The notes under the pieces are model-generated. The model did no database searches. It saw nothing but the letters and a program-made list of their open reading frames with translations, and had not been told where the DNA came from. A stretch of DNA of 64,000 bases, taken from assembly GCA_964654185.1 (NCBI GenBank), contig CAZZIE010000005.1, positions 4,156 through 68,155 of the forward strand, in the 5' to 3' direction. The DNA comes from an uncultured Spirochaetaceae bacterium. Lineage in GTDB: Bacteria > Spirochaetota > Spirochaetia > DSM-27196 > PWMO01. The position numbers and the translations under genes are program-made. Positions 26,240 to 35,043 of the stretch are shown here, one piece after another; the first letter of the stretch is position 1, and every line of letters starts with the position of its first letter.

Positions 26240-27793
26240 CTACATACCCAAGGAGTCTCGGTAGATCCGCAACTGGTCTTCGCGTCCTATCCGGTCAGTG
26301 ATCCTGTCCCACTCTTCGGCGGCCTCGGCAAGGGCCTCTTCAGCCGTAGCCTGGCCTGAAAGTGCCTTGGAAACAGCCAACTCGAGTGCGTCCTGATACT
26401 GGACATAACCGGGGATTCTGAGCTGGAACACCGCGTTCGGATGCTCTTGTGAAGCTGCGATGGCGTTTAGGTATTCTTCCGCATCATCAATCTCGAAACC
26501 GATCGCGTCCCATGCCTCGTAGTCGTTCACCGTTGAATATCGGGCGGGATTCACTCCCGATCCGCTTGTCAATGCCGCCCATTGCATGATTGGCGGAGAA
26601 GCATAGTACGCTGCGAGGTCGATAGCTGCTTCCTTCGCCCGCGCGTTCGCTGCAACCATGTTTCCCCATCCGCCGAAGGCGGCATACGGGGCGTGGTTCA
26701 CCTCCGGCATGGACTCCCAGCGCCCTTCATTACTGTTCCAGACTTCAGTCGAACCCGGTGTGATGTCGAAGCCCACCTTGCCTTGAACAATCGACATCTC
26801 CGGATCAACGGAAATGGGGCCTATATCCGACCACTGAACGTCCAGTGCAACCAGACCGCCCGCGAACGCTTGAGCATTCTCGATAAATCCGAAGTTGGGC
26901 ATATCCGGTGGCGAGTACGGGAGTACAGCTATGAGACTCTCCAGAGCCCGAACGAATCCGGGATTGGCCACACGCGCATCCATCGTGTCCGGATCGAACA
27001 GCAGCGCGGGATCATCCGGCATCTTGGCAAAGGGTGCGGCGCGGGAAATGAAGCCGTGGAACCCTTGATTCTTGCGCATTATCAATTCAACAGAACCATA
27101 ATGGCGCTCGCCGTCACCCCAGTCGCCCGTGAAGAACTCAGCCACATCGTTATACTGTTCCCACGTTCTTGGTACAGACAATTCGTAGCCAAACTCTTCT
27201 TCGAAGGCAGCCTGCATGTCTGGGTCTGCCAAGAGATCCTTTCGGTAGAACATCATGTGGTTATCGCCGTCCCAGGGATACGCGAACGTTTCACCCGCCC
27301 ACTCCGTTTGCCTTTGGTAGAGAGGTATGATGTCGTCCCAACTGAGGCGGGCCTTGACTTCATCGGGGACTCGTTCGATGTAACCTCCACCCATGAGGTC
27401 GCCGGCAAGATAGGATGGCAGATTGAGGACATCGCCGATGAAGACACCCGTAGTAAGTGCCGTCAGCACCTTGTCTTGAAGTTCACCGAAAGGAATCATA
27501 TTGAGTTCAACTCTGCCCCCGGTAGCGGCCTCCCAACCGGCGGCTGCCTCCTTCAAGAATTCGCCCTGGTATCCCGTGATGGTTGTGACAGTCACAGTCA
27601 CACCGTCAAAGCGCTCTCCACTTGTAGCTTCGCGGGCTGCATCCAAGTCGACGAAGTCTGGAATATGGTCCAAACTCGGCGCCTCCGTTTGCGCACCCGC
27701 AGCCTGTCCTTCCTGCTCTCCACCACCAAATGCCGCCGTAGCCACAAGACCAGCGAGCAGCAACACCAGCACAATATTGAACTTACCTTTCAT
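26240..27793 (-). CDS. Extracellular solute-binding protein, family 1 (CUT1), unusually long (517 aa)
   Basis: Signal MKGKFNIVLVLLLAGLVATAAFGGGEQEG. The body is SBP_bac_1-like. A GGAGGAG SD lies upstream of ATG 27793. Confidence 0.85.
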   Translation of the reverse strand: MKGKFNIVLVLLLAGLVATAAFGGGEQEGQAAGAQTEAPSLDHIPDFVDLDAAREATSGERFDGVTVTVTTITGYQGEFLKEAAAGWEAATGGRVELNMIPFGELQDKVLTALTTGVFIGDVLNLPSYLAGDLMGGGYIERVPDEVKARLSWDDIIPLYQRQTEWAGETFAYPWDGDNHMMFYRKDLLADPDMQAAFEEEFGYELSVPRTWEQYNDVAEFFTGDWGDGERHYGSVELIMRKNQGFHGFISRAAPFAKMPDDPALLFDPDTMDARVANPGFVRALESLIAVLPYSPPDMPNFGFIENAQAFAGGLVALDVQWSDIGPISVDPEMSIVQGKVGFDITPGSTEVWNSNEGRWESMPEVNHAPYAAFGGWGNMVAANARAKEAAIDLAAYYASPPIMQWAALTSGSGVNPARYSTVNDYEAWDAIGFEIDDAEEYLNAIAASQEHPNAVFQLRIPGYVQYQDALELAVSKALSGQATAEEALAEAAEEWDRITDRIGREDQLRIYRDSLGM

Positions 27794-27878
27794 GGTTCTC
27801 CTCCTTCTGAAAGGGTCTTGGTAGATTCGACCGGACTCGTGCTACATGGGCCCTCCTTTTGCCGCCCACAGCGCGCCG

Positions 27879-29195
27879 CTAGACTGGACGACACCAGTCG
27901 AGGATAGTCCTGGCGTACATTCGTGCCGCGTCGATGACATCGTCGATGGCAATCCGCTCCGAAGCCGCGTGCACCCCGTATGACGAACGGCCTGGGCCCC
28001 ATGTCAGGACGACGACGTCGTTGTCCACCACAATGTAGTTGGCATCGCTCGTGAAGCTCGTGCAGCGCAGCACCGGTTCCGCTTCTCTCACGGAACGCCA
28101 CGCTGATACTGCAGCAAGAGATGCCGGCGCCGAGGGTGAGGAGTTTACCGGGGGCTTTGCGTCGAGGATGTGAGGGAGGGTCAAGCGTGGCGGATGGTCC
28201 CGAAGCCAGTAGTCGGACGCGGCAACGGAATCTATTGCGGAAGTGAACTCCGCGCGCACCTGGTCTACACTCAGCGAAGGATTGAACAGCACACTGCCTA
28301 CCAACCAGCAATGATCGGCCAGGGCGGAGAACGTGGTTCCGCCACCAATCTGGGAAACGTTGATATTCATGTTGCCTGGTTGCATTAGTGGATGGCGCTG
28401 CCAGATACCCCACTCTCGTTCCAGTTCAAGCAGGGCGCCTTGAACTTTCCACATCTTGTCGATTGCGTTCACGCCGGAAACCGGTTCTTCGATTGGCTGG
28501 GGATGCACATTAAGATGTCGATTCGCCAGACTGGTGGAACGTCCTGAGATCTCTACGCGGAAATAGAACTCGCCGACACTCGCGGGACAGATGTCCAGGT
28601 CGGTCGGTTCTGCTACGATGACGAGTTTCGCCGTGGGGACCGCTTCAAGAGCCACATCGATGCCGATTCCGTGTTCGCCACTTTCTTCTCCTGCAACAAC
28701 GGTCGCGACCTGGGGGCCAGATGTCTCGCCGGCCACTTCGGCCACGGCGCGCAAAGCCCACAGAAATGCCGTATTCCCCCCTTTCATATCGACGGCTCCG
28801 CGTCCGGTTACGTAGTCGTCGACGATGTCCCCTCCCCAGGGTGATCCCCACGTCCAGTCGTTTCGCTGAGCCGCCGTTACAGGAACCACATCGCTGTGTC
28901 CGTTGAATAGAATTCCGGGACCAGTGGCACTGCCATGCCGAACGGCACAGACATTCGGCCTGCCTTGGGACAAAGCAGGCAACCTTACCTCATCGAAGAC
29001 ACGCCAATCCCGAAGTTCCCCGGCGAGCCATTCCTGGCAAGATTCCAACTCGCTATCCTGTGCGTCCTCGACAAGCGAGAGATTGACCGATTTGTGCTGC
29101 ACGTAGGAGCTCAGAAAGCTAGAGATCTCAGCCCGGTGGTGCTTCAACCAGCCATCAATCTGGTCCGTGATCTGTGACGGAGTGCCCTTCTCCAA
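27879..29195 (-). CDS. M20 family metallopeptidase/deacylase (ArgE/DapE/ACY1-like)
   Basis: LFNGHSDVVPV and RGAVDMKGGNTAF are the His/Asp metal-ligand blocks. VVAGEESGEHG is the EE block of M20. Confidence 0.8.
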   Translation of the reverse strand: MEKGTPSQITDQIDGWLKHHRAEISSFLSSYVQHKSVNLSLVEDAQDSELESCQEWLAGELRDWRVFDEVRLPALSQGRPNVCAVRHGSATGPGILFNGHSDVVPVTAAQRNDWTWGSPWGGDIVDDYVTGRGAVDMKGGNTAFLWALRAVAEVAGETSGPQVATVVAGEESGEHGIGIDVALEAVPTAKLVIVAEPTDLDICPASVGEFYFRVEISGRSTSLANRHLNVHPQPIEEPVSGVNAIDKMWKVQGALLELEREWGIWQRHPLMQPGNMNINVSQIGGGTTFSALADHCWLVGSVLFNPSLSVDQVRAEFTSAIDSVAASDYWLRDHPPRLTLPHILDAKPPVNSSPSAPASLAAVSAWRSVREAEPVLRCTSFTSDANYIVVDNDVVVLTWGPGRSSYGVHAASERIAIDDVIDAARMYARTILDWCRPV

Positions 29196-29225
29196 TTGCA
29201 GCCTCCAAGACCGGGGGTAGGACGG

Positions 29226-29981
29226 TTAGAATGCGCGGTCCATGTGAACGTAGTAGCTGTACTTATCTGCGCGGTATAGCATTCTGCAGTACTCAATGGG
29301 CTCCTGCCGAATCGACCACGTGGTCCGTTCGATCAGGAGGAGCGGACTACCTTCCGGGACCCCCAGCAGACGTGATTCCTCGCTGTCAGCCGCCGTAGCC
29401 TCTAGCGTCTCATCAGCTTCCGCAACAATAAGGTTGAAACGTGTCTCTAGTAGCTCGTACAAAGAGCCGGTATCTTCCAGTTCGGACACGCTGATACTCT
29501 GGTGCTCCGGCAATACCAAGTGCGTTGTATGTATACCCATCGGATTGTTGTCGGCTGTCCTCACCCTATCGATTCGCAGGACGAGCGGAGCATCGGGCGG
29601 CAACTGAAATGCTTCGGCCATCCGCGTCGGAGCTTCAACGCGCAGTATTTCGAGGATCCTTTGGCCTGCCTTGAAGCCGCGCTGCCGCATATCAGCTGTG
29701 AAGCTCGTAAGCTTACTCAAGCTATGATTCAACTTGGGGGGAGCAACGTAAGTGCCCTTTCCGTGCTCTCTGTACAGCACCCCCTTGCGTGTAAGGACCT
29801 GAATCGCCTGACGAACCGTCGACCGGCTCACGTTGTACTTTTCCTCGAGTTCCCGCTCACCCGGAATCGCATCGTGCGGGGCAAAGAAGCCCGCCTGGAT
29901 CTGCTGTTCAATGATGGAAGACAGCTGGTGGTATTTGGGGCTCGAACTGAACGGTGCGATTCTATTGGGACCCGCTGTCAC
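29226..29981 (-). CDS. GntR family transcriptional regulator, HutC/UTRA subfamily
   Basis: IPGERELEEKYNVSRSTVRQAIQVLTRKGVLYREHGKGTYV is a winged HTH, followed by a UTRA-like C-domain. The ORF maximum reaches ATG 30014 but has no SD. GTG 29981 follows AGAGGAGG by 10 nt, so I prefer it. Confidence 0.8.
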   Translation of the reverse strand: MTAGPNRIAPFSSSPKYHQLSSIIEQQIQAGFFAPHDAIPGERELEEKYNVSRSTVRQAIQVLTRKGVLYREHGKGTYVAPPKLNHSLSKLTSFTADMRQRGFKAGQRILEILRVEAPTRMAEAFQLPPDAPLVLRIDRVRTADNNPMGIHTTHLVLPEHQSISVSELEDTGSLYELLETRFNLIVAEADETLEATAADSEESRLLGVPEGSPLLLIERTTWSIRQEPIEYCRMLYRADKYSYYVHMDRAF

Positions 29982-30019
29982 TATGTCCACACCTCCTCTT
30001 GGCGCGCAAACCATGAATT

Positions 30020-30035
30020 ACTGGTTCGAACCAGT
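30020..30035. promoter_or_regulatory. Perfect 16-bp palindrome, candidate HutC/DasR/NagR-type operator
   Basis: ACTGGTTCGAACCAGT equals its own reverse complement. It lies in the gntR-rbsK divergent region, immediately upstream of the GntR gene. Confidence 0.6.
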
Positions 30036-30366
30036 GGACCACCTGACAACCTTAGGACCGAATATCCATATTGTCAACGATAACCTTCTGCTTCCTTTTC
30101 GAAAATGAGTGAAACGCGGATATCGTGGTGGCTCCGGTGGTCGGACTCTGTTGGTAGCACGAAACCGCGGACTCCATCCTGCGGTGCTGAGCTACGATTG
30201 CAAACTGACACTCTAAGGTGGAAGATGAGTGAACGCCCGGTTTGAAGCGACACGAGCCCTTCATTAGAGCTGATACCCAGCAAGGATAAGGCTTGAGACG
30301 GCTCTACGAGCTCAACCAACTCGCCCACGCCGACATGAGAATCGATTATTCGAAGGGAGTAATGGA

Positions 30367-31296
30367 GTGAATAGGCCACGAGTTACAGTAGTTGGTAGCA
30401 ACATGGTTGACCTGATAACTTATGTAAATCGAATGCCCAAGAGCGGGGAGACTTTGGAGGCTCCGGATTTCAGACTTGGATTCGGAGGCAAAGGCGCCAA
30501 TCAAGCTGTTGCAGCCGCCATTCTTGGTGCAGATGTAGCCATGATAACAAAGATCGGAGACGACCTATTCGGCTCCCACACCAAAGAGAACTTCGTTAAG
30601 TTCGGTATCGACACCAGCCATGTCGAAGTAGAAAAAGGCACGACCAGCGGCGTGGCACCCATCTTCGTCGAACCAGACTCAAGCAACAGGATTCTGATAA
30701 TCAAGGGCGCGAACAATCACCTTCGGCCAGAAGACGTCGAACGCGCCAAAAACATGATCATGGCCTCAGACCTAGTGCTGCTGCAACTCGAAACCAGTCT
30801 GGAGACCGTCTATTACACGATCGAACTCTGCCGAAAGAGCCGGGTCCGTCTTGTCCTCAACCCCGCTCCGGCGGCGCATGACCTCCAGCTCGCACGAATC
30901 CGCGATGTGGATTTTCTCATTCCGAATGAAAATGAACTTGAGGAACTAACACACGAAACAGTTGAGACGCTGGATAAGGTCGAAAGCGCTGCCAGGCAGC
31001 TCACCAATGCCGGCATTGCGAATGTCATAGTGACCATCGGGACCCGAGGAGCACTCTGCGTGGGCCACCACAACCGATTTCACGAACCGGGAGTCACCGT
31101 CGACAGCAAAGACACTACCGGCGCCGGGGACGCCTTCATTGGGTGTTTTGCCGTTGAGTATCTGAAATCCAAGTCTATCCAGCTGGCAGTGCGACGAGCC
31201 AACCTTTACGCAGCGCTGTCGACAACCAGACCCGGCACGCAGACTTCGTTCGCTTCTCGTGACGAAGCCGACGAGCACTTCACTTCAGTCTTGTAG
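30367..31296 (+). CDS. rbsK: Ribokinase
   Basis: VVGSNMVDLITYVNRMPKSGETL..GFGGKGANQAVAAA, NENELEELT and DTTGAGDAFIGCF. GTG start at 30367 with GAAGGGAG upstream. Confidence 0.8.
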   Translation: MNRPRVTVVGSNMVDLITYVNRMPKSGETLEAPDFRLGFGGKGANQAVAAAILGADVAMITKIGDDLFGSHTKENFVKFGIDTSHVEVEKGTTSGVAPIFVEPDSSNRILIIKGANNHLRPEDVERAKNMIMASDLVLLQLETSLETVYYTIELCRKSRVRLVLNPAPAAHDLQLARIRDVDFLIPNENELEELTHETVETLDKVESAARQLTNAGIANVIVTIGTRGALCVGHHNRFHEPGVTVDSKDTTGAGDAFIGCFAVEYLKSKSIQLAVRRANLYAALSTTRPGTQTSFASRDEADEHFTSVL

Positions 31297-31628
31297 AGCG
31301 GGCCCACGGCGACCAACTAGACGTTGCATCCAGCACAGAAAAGATGCCGATCGGTTGGAGGGTCTTAGACGCGGCAACGCGCTACGCACCGTGAGCTTCC
31401 AATCCGCCGTAACACACGCCCCGATGGGCGCTGGAGCGCGGAACGGCTGGTGGCTTGCAAACAGATCTCGCCAAGCATTTCCCGGGAATCCGGGAGCTGC
31501 CCGACGCCGAAGTGCAGGAGTGCCTGGAACCTGGCAAAGTATGTAACCCGGGCGAGGCTCCAGCACCCACCCCACACCATACCTGACCGCACCGCTTCGT
31601 TGTTTTTCCCGCACGGCGGGAATAATAT

Positions 31629-32948
31629 GTGCAGCATATGAACATCACGAATGCCTCACGCCTAACACTGGGGGTGGCGGTGTCCGTCGTGCTGCTTCTG
31701 GCGGCGTGCGCCACCCCGTACCAATGGACGAGCTACCCTGCGGATGAGACCCTCGACAGCCTCACAGTGGAGCAGTGGAAGAGTGACATTGCCTACCTCC
31801 GGAGCGAGCTTCCGAAGCGGAATCCGCACTTCGACGAGGATCCCGAGATGGCGCAGCGCTTCGACGAGAGTCTTGCCGCGCTTCAGGATCGGGTCGATGT
31901 GAACAGCACTCCCGGCGAGGTCATCACCGGCATGGCCCGGGCGATCGCCCTGGTCGGTGAGGGGCATACCAGCATCAACGCCGGCCCGACGAGTTACTTT
32001 CCGGTGATTACCGGGTGGTTTGCCGACGGCTTCTACGTTGCCGGGACGGATCGGGAGTACGAGGAGATACTTGGTGCGCGCATTCTCGGCATTCGCGGGG
32101 CGGACGGGACGGACATTCCCCTGGCGGAGCTGGAAGCGCTCCTGAACAGCGTCATTACCGCGGACCACGAAAACGGGCTCCGTCCGGCGCAGGGCGATGT
32201 GCTGATCAACCCCTACCTGATGCGGGGTCTGGGTCTTGCAGATGGAGCCGAGCTGACCTACATCCTGGAGATCGACGGCGCCGAGACGGCCTACACCGTA
32301 GAGGAGTGCGCCGGCACCGATCTCGACATTGTCCGGGCTAAGGACAGTGCGCCAGAGCAGACCCTGGCGAGCTCATCCTCCGAGCCGAACTGGTACACCA
32401 GAACCGGTGAGAACGACAAGGTGATCTACGTCAGCTACGACAGCTGCGAGATGGAGGCGGCGGGTCTCTTCCAGACGATCCTGAACGAGATCAAGCGCAC
32501 CGAGGTGGACCGGGTCGTCGTGGATCTCCGCGCCAACTCCGGCGGCCTGTCCATCCCGGGCACCTGGTTCGCCTCCCAGCTCGGCGGCATTTCGAAGGTG
32601 AACCGCGACGGCGGGCTCTTTGTGCTGATTGGGCCGCGGACCTTCTCCAGCGGCATGATGATGGCGGTTGACCTCATGGACAAGACCGAGGCGGTCTTCG
32701 CGGGAGAGCCTCTTGCCGAGAACGTTAACGCCTGGGGTGAGGTGAAGCGCTTTCCCCTCCCCAACTCCGGCCTCATGATCGGCCACTCCACCCGCTTCAT
32801 CCGGTACGGCCGCTGGAAGGACCTCAGGCTGGATGAGGATGGAAACATCGTCCCGGACGAAGGCTTCGAGATTCGTCCCACCTTCGCGGACTACGAGAAC
32901 AGCCGCGACCCGGTTCTGGAGGCGGTGCTTGCGTATGAGCCTTCCTGA
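31629..32948 (+). CDS. Peptidase S41-like lipoprotein
   Basis: Lipobox VVLLLAAC. VVVDLRANSGGLSIPG and LIGPRTFSSGMMMAVDL resemble the S41 (tail-specific/tricorn-core-like) fold. I could not confirm the catalytic dyad by eye. Confidence 0.65.
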   Translation: MQHMNITNASRLTLGVAVSVVLLLAACATPYQWTSYPADETLDSLTVEQWKSDIAYLRSELPKRNPHFDEDPEMAQRFDESLAALQDRVDVNSTPGEVITGMARAIALVGEGHTSINAGPTSYFPVITGWFADGFYVAGTDREYEEILGARILGIRGADGTDIPLAELEALLNSVITADHENGLRPAQGDVLINPYLMRGLGLADGAELTYILEIDGAETAYTVEECAGTDLDIVRAKDSAPEQTLASSSSEPNWYTRTGENDKVIYVSYDSCEMEAAGLFQTILNEIKRTEVDRVVVDLRANSGGLSIPGTWFASQLGGISKVNRDGGLFVLIGPRTFSSGMMMAVDLMDKTEAVFAGEPLAENVNAWGEVKRFPLPNSGLMIGHSTRFIRYGRWKDLRLDEDGNIVPDEGFEIRPTFADYENSRDPVLEAVLAYEPS

Positions 32949-33516
32949 GAACCGCACCATTCGGACGGGCGCCGCCGTCCTGTGCGCCGCGGCGCTGCTG
33001 CTCTCCGCCGTTGCGCCGTCGACCCACGCTGAGCAGCCGGCAACCGATCGCGCGGTGCGCCTTGGCGTCGAAGTCGGCAGCAAGCCCTTTCTGGCCGCCG
33101 CGGGGAGTGTGGCGGCGGTAGCGGAAGCTCCCCTCACCTCCCGGCTCCACGGCGCGGCGGCTCTGGACGTCTGGACGCTCTCGGCGGCCGGCGCGACCGC
33201 GAGTGGCTCCACGCGCCGACTAACCGAAGCGGTCGTCGGAATCCGCCTCGAAGCCGCCGCCCCGCGCGCCTTCACCGGTGTCGGTCTGGGCATCCACGCC
33301 GTCACCGCGGCCTGGACCGGCGGGACCTTCCGCTCCGGCTCGTCCTTCGGTGCGGGCTTTCTGTCGGCGGAGCTCTTTCACCCGATCACCCTCCTGGAGA
33401 GGGCCACAAGGCTCACGATCCTTCCGGGACTCTCGGCGTACTTCTCCCTCGGTCCCGGAGGCATCTCCCGGGTTCCTGATATCCTGCCGGCCCTCCGGCT
33501 GCGGACGGTCTGGTAA
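32935..33516 (+). CDS. Hypothetical secreted Ala/Gly-rich protein
   Basis: I start at ATG 32935 (MSLPENRTIRTGAAVLCAAALLLSAVAPSTHA), overlapping the S41 stop by 14 nt. Alternating-pattern C-terminus ending in ..LRLRTVW. No family recognised. Confidence 0.45.
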   Translation: MSLPENRTIRTGAAVLCAAALLLSAVAPSTHAEQPATDRAVRLGVEVGSKPFLAAAGSVAAVAEAPLTSRLHGAAALDVWTLSAAGATASGSTRRLTEAVVGIRLEAAAPRAFTGVGLGIHAVTAAWTGGTFRSGSSFGAGFLSAELFHPITLLERATRLTILPGLSAYFSLGPGGISRVPDILPALRLRTVW

Positions 33517-33540
33517 GCGGGCCGAAGAGTGGCGGCCCGC
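33517..33540. terminator. GC hairpin between convergent genes (possible terminator, no U-tract)
   Basis: GCGGGCC-gaagagtggc-GGCCCGC forms a 7-bp stem. Confidence 0.3.
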
Positions 33541-33547
33541 GCCGCAG

Positions 33548-34990
33548 CTAGGTCAACACCGTCGCTTCGAGGTGCTCGGCGTACTCCTGCAGGCTCTTGA
33601 GAATGACCTTGTCCCGGGCGGCGGTGTCGACCCGGGAGAGGAGGTTTCCGACCTTGCGCTTGAAGCCGGCAATGTCCCAGGCGCCGTCGGCCTCCGGAGT
33701 CAGGATGCGCGACGCGCAGAAGCTCTTCCACCGCTCCTGCTCCTCCGGGGTGAGCGCCTCGGGATGGTTCCGGGCAATGTAGCGCCAGAGCATCTCCGAG
33801 GCGCGGTGGTCGTAGAGGCGCGGGGCGTTGTGCTTCAGCTCTTCCGGCGGCATGGACCTGATCTGCTCGAACTCCTCGCGATCCTCGTCCGGAAAGAAGT
33901 CGCCCGAATATATCTGCAGGTCCGGGTCGCTGAAGTTCCGGGTCGGCCGGTTCCCGTAGACCTTGCGGATGCGCTGCAGCAGGTCGGATCGATCGCGGAG
34001 CATCTCGGCGTGCCGTAAACATCGTCCTAGATCGATGCCCAAGGACTCCGCTCTCGCTTCATCAATGGTCGCCAGCGGGGCAACGGCGGGAGCGCGATTG
34101 ATCCGGATTCCGGTAAGCGGAATGCGCTCGTTCTCACCGAGCTCCCGGGCGGGGGTGAAGACGCGGCGGGCGATCTCCTCCGGCGCAGCGTCGAGCCAGT
34201 CGGTCGGGTCGCGGCGCAGATCGTAGACAATGATCTCGTTGGGGTTGTCGGGACTCGCGCTGAGGGGCACGACGACGGTGGTGAAGCCCGTCTCGGAGGC
34301 GTACATGGCGGAGGTGTGGAGGACCGGCTTCATCTCTCCCAGATTCAGGCGGCGGCGCACCTCGTCCTTGCGGCGCAGACCGTAGTAGTACCGGAAGAGC
34401 TTCGGATTCACCCGGTGCGCCAGCCGCGCCAGCCCAATGGTCGCACGGACATCCGCCAGGGCGTCGTGGGCGTTGTCCAGGGTAACGCCGTTGGCATTGG
34501 CCAGGGTATCCAATCGGAAGGAGGGAATGCCCTTCTCGTTCCGCACCCACTCCATGCCTTCCGGGCGCAGGTCGTGGCACATGCGCAGCAGGTCAATGAT
34601 GTCCCACCGGGAGTTGTTGTTCGTGTACTCCCGGCGATAGGGATCGTAGAAGTTGCGGTAGAAGAGCGCCCGGATGAACTCGTCATCGAAGGCAATGCTG
34701 TTGTACCCCGCCGTGCAGGTCGCCGGAACCATCATCTCCTCGTGGATGAGGGCGGCGAACTCCCGCTCGGTCACACCCTTCTCCTGCACCTCCGCCGGGG
34801 TGATCCCGGTAATCAGGCAGGACTCCGGGTCGGGTACATAGTCGGGAGTCAGGCGGCAATAGGCGACAATGGGCTCGCCGATCTCTTCAAAGTCGCCGTT
34901 CGTGCGGATGGCGCCGAACTGCGCAATCCGGTCCCACTGGGGGTGGCGTCCGAACGTCTCCAGGTCGTACCACAACAGGCTTGCAGGCAT
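33548..34990 (-). CDS. sbcB: Exodeoxyribonuclease I
   Basis: LWYDLETFG.., GYNSIAFDDEFIR and AHDALADVRATIGLA form the DEDDh exonuclease motifs. The SbcB-type C-terminal domains follow. Length 480 aa. Confidence 0.9.
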   Translation of the reverse strand: MPASLLWYDLETFGRHPQWDRIAQFGAIRTNGDFEEIGEPIVAYCRLTPDYVPDPESCLITGITPAEVQEKGVTEREFAALIHEEMMVPATCTAGYNSIAFDDEFIRALFYRNFYDPYRREYTNNNSRWDIIDLLRMCHDLRPEGMEWVRNEKGIPSFRLDTLANANGVTLDNAHDALADVRATIGLARLAHRVNPKLFRYYYGLRRKDEVRRRLNLGEMKPVLHTSAMYASETGFTTVVVPLSASPDNPNEIIVYDLRRDPTDWLDAAPEEIARRVFTPARELGENERIPLTGIRINRAPAVAPLATIDEARAESLGIDLGRCLRHAEMLRDRSDLLQRIRKVYGNRPTRNFSDPDLQIYSGDFFPDEDREEFEQIRSMPPEELKHNAPRLYDHRASEMLWRYIARNHPEALTPEEQERWKSFCASRILTPEADGAWDIAGFKRKVGNLLSRVDTAARDKVILKSLQEYAEHLEATVLT

Positions 34991-35043
34991 GCCTGACTCT
35001 ACCAGAGGGTGTGAGGCCGCTCAAGCGCGGCGCGCCGACCGAC

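Larger units (their letters stand above)
11071..31296. other. About 20-kb lower-GC accessory transport/catabolic island
   Basis: Hand-counted 60-nt lines inside give 47-60% GC (12481: 47%, 25801: 48%, 13501: 53%, 20701: 55%, 12001: 60%). Flank lines give 73-75% (8281, 33001). The region runs from the first to the last low-GC gene. No mobility genes are present. Confidence 0.6.

Noticed and set aside
30020-30035. GGTTCGAACC resembles a tRNA T-arm/T-loop (GGTTCGAAYCC).
   Set aside because: No acceptor, D or anticodon arms can be built around it. It is the centre of a perfect 16-bp palindrome and is better explained as a GntR operator.
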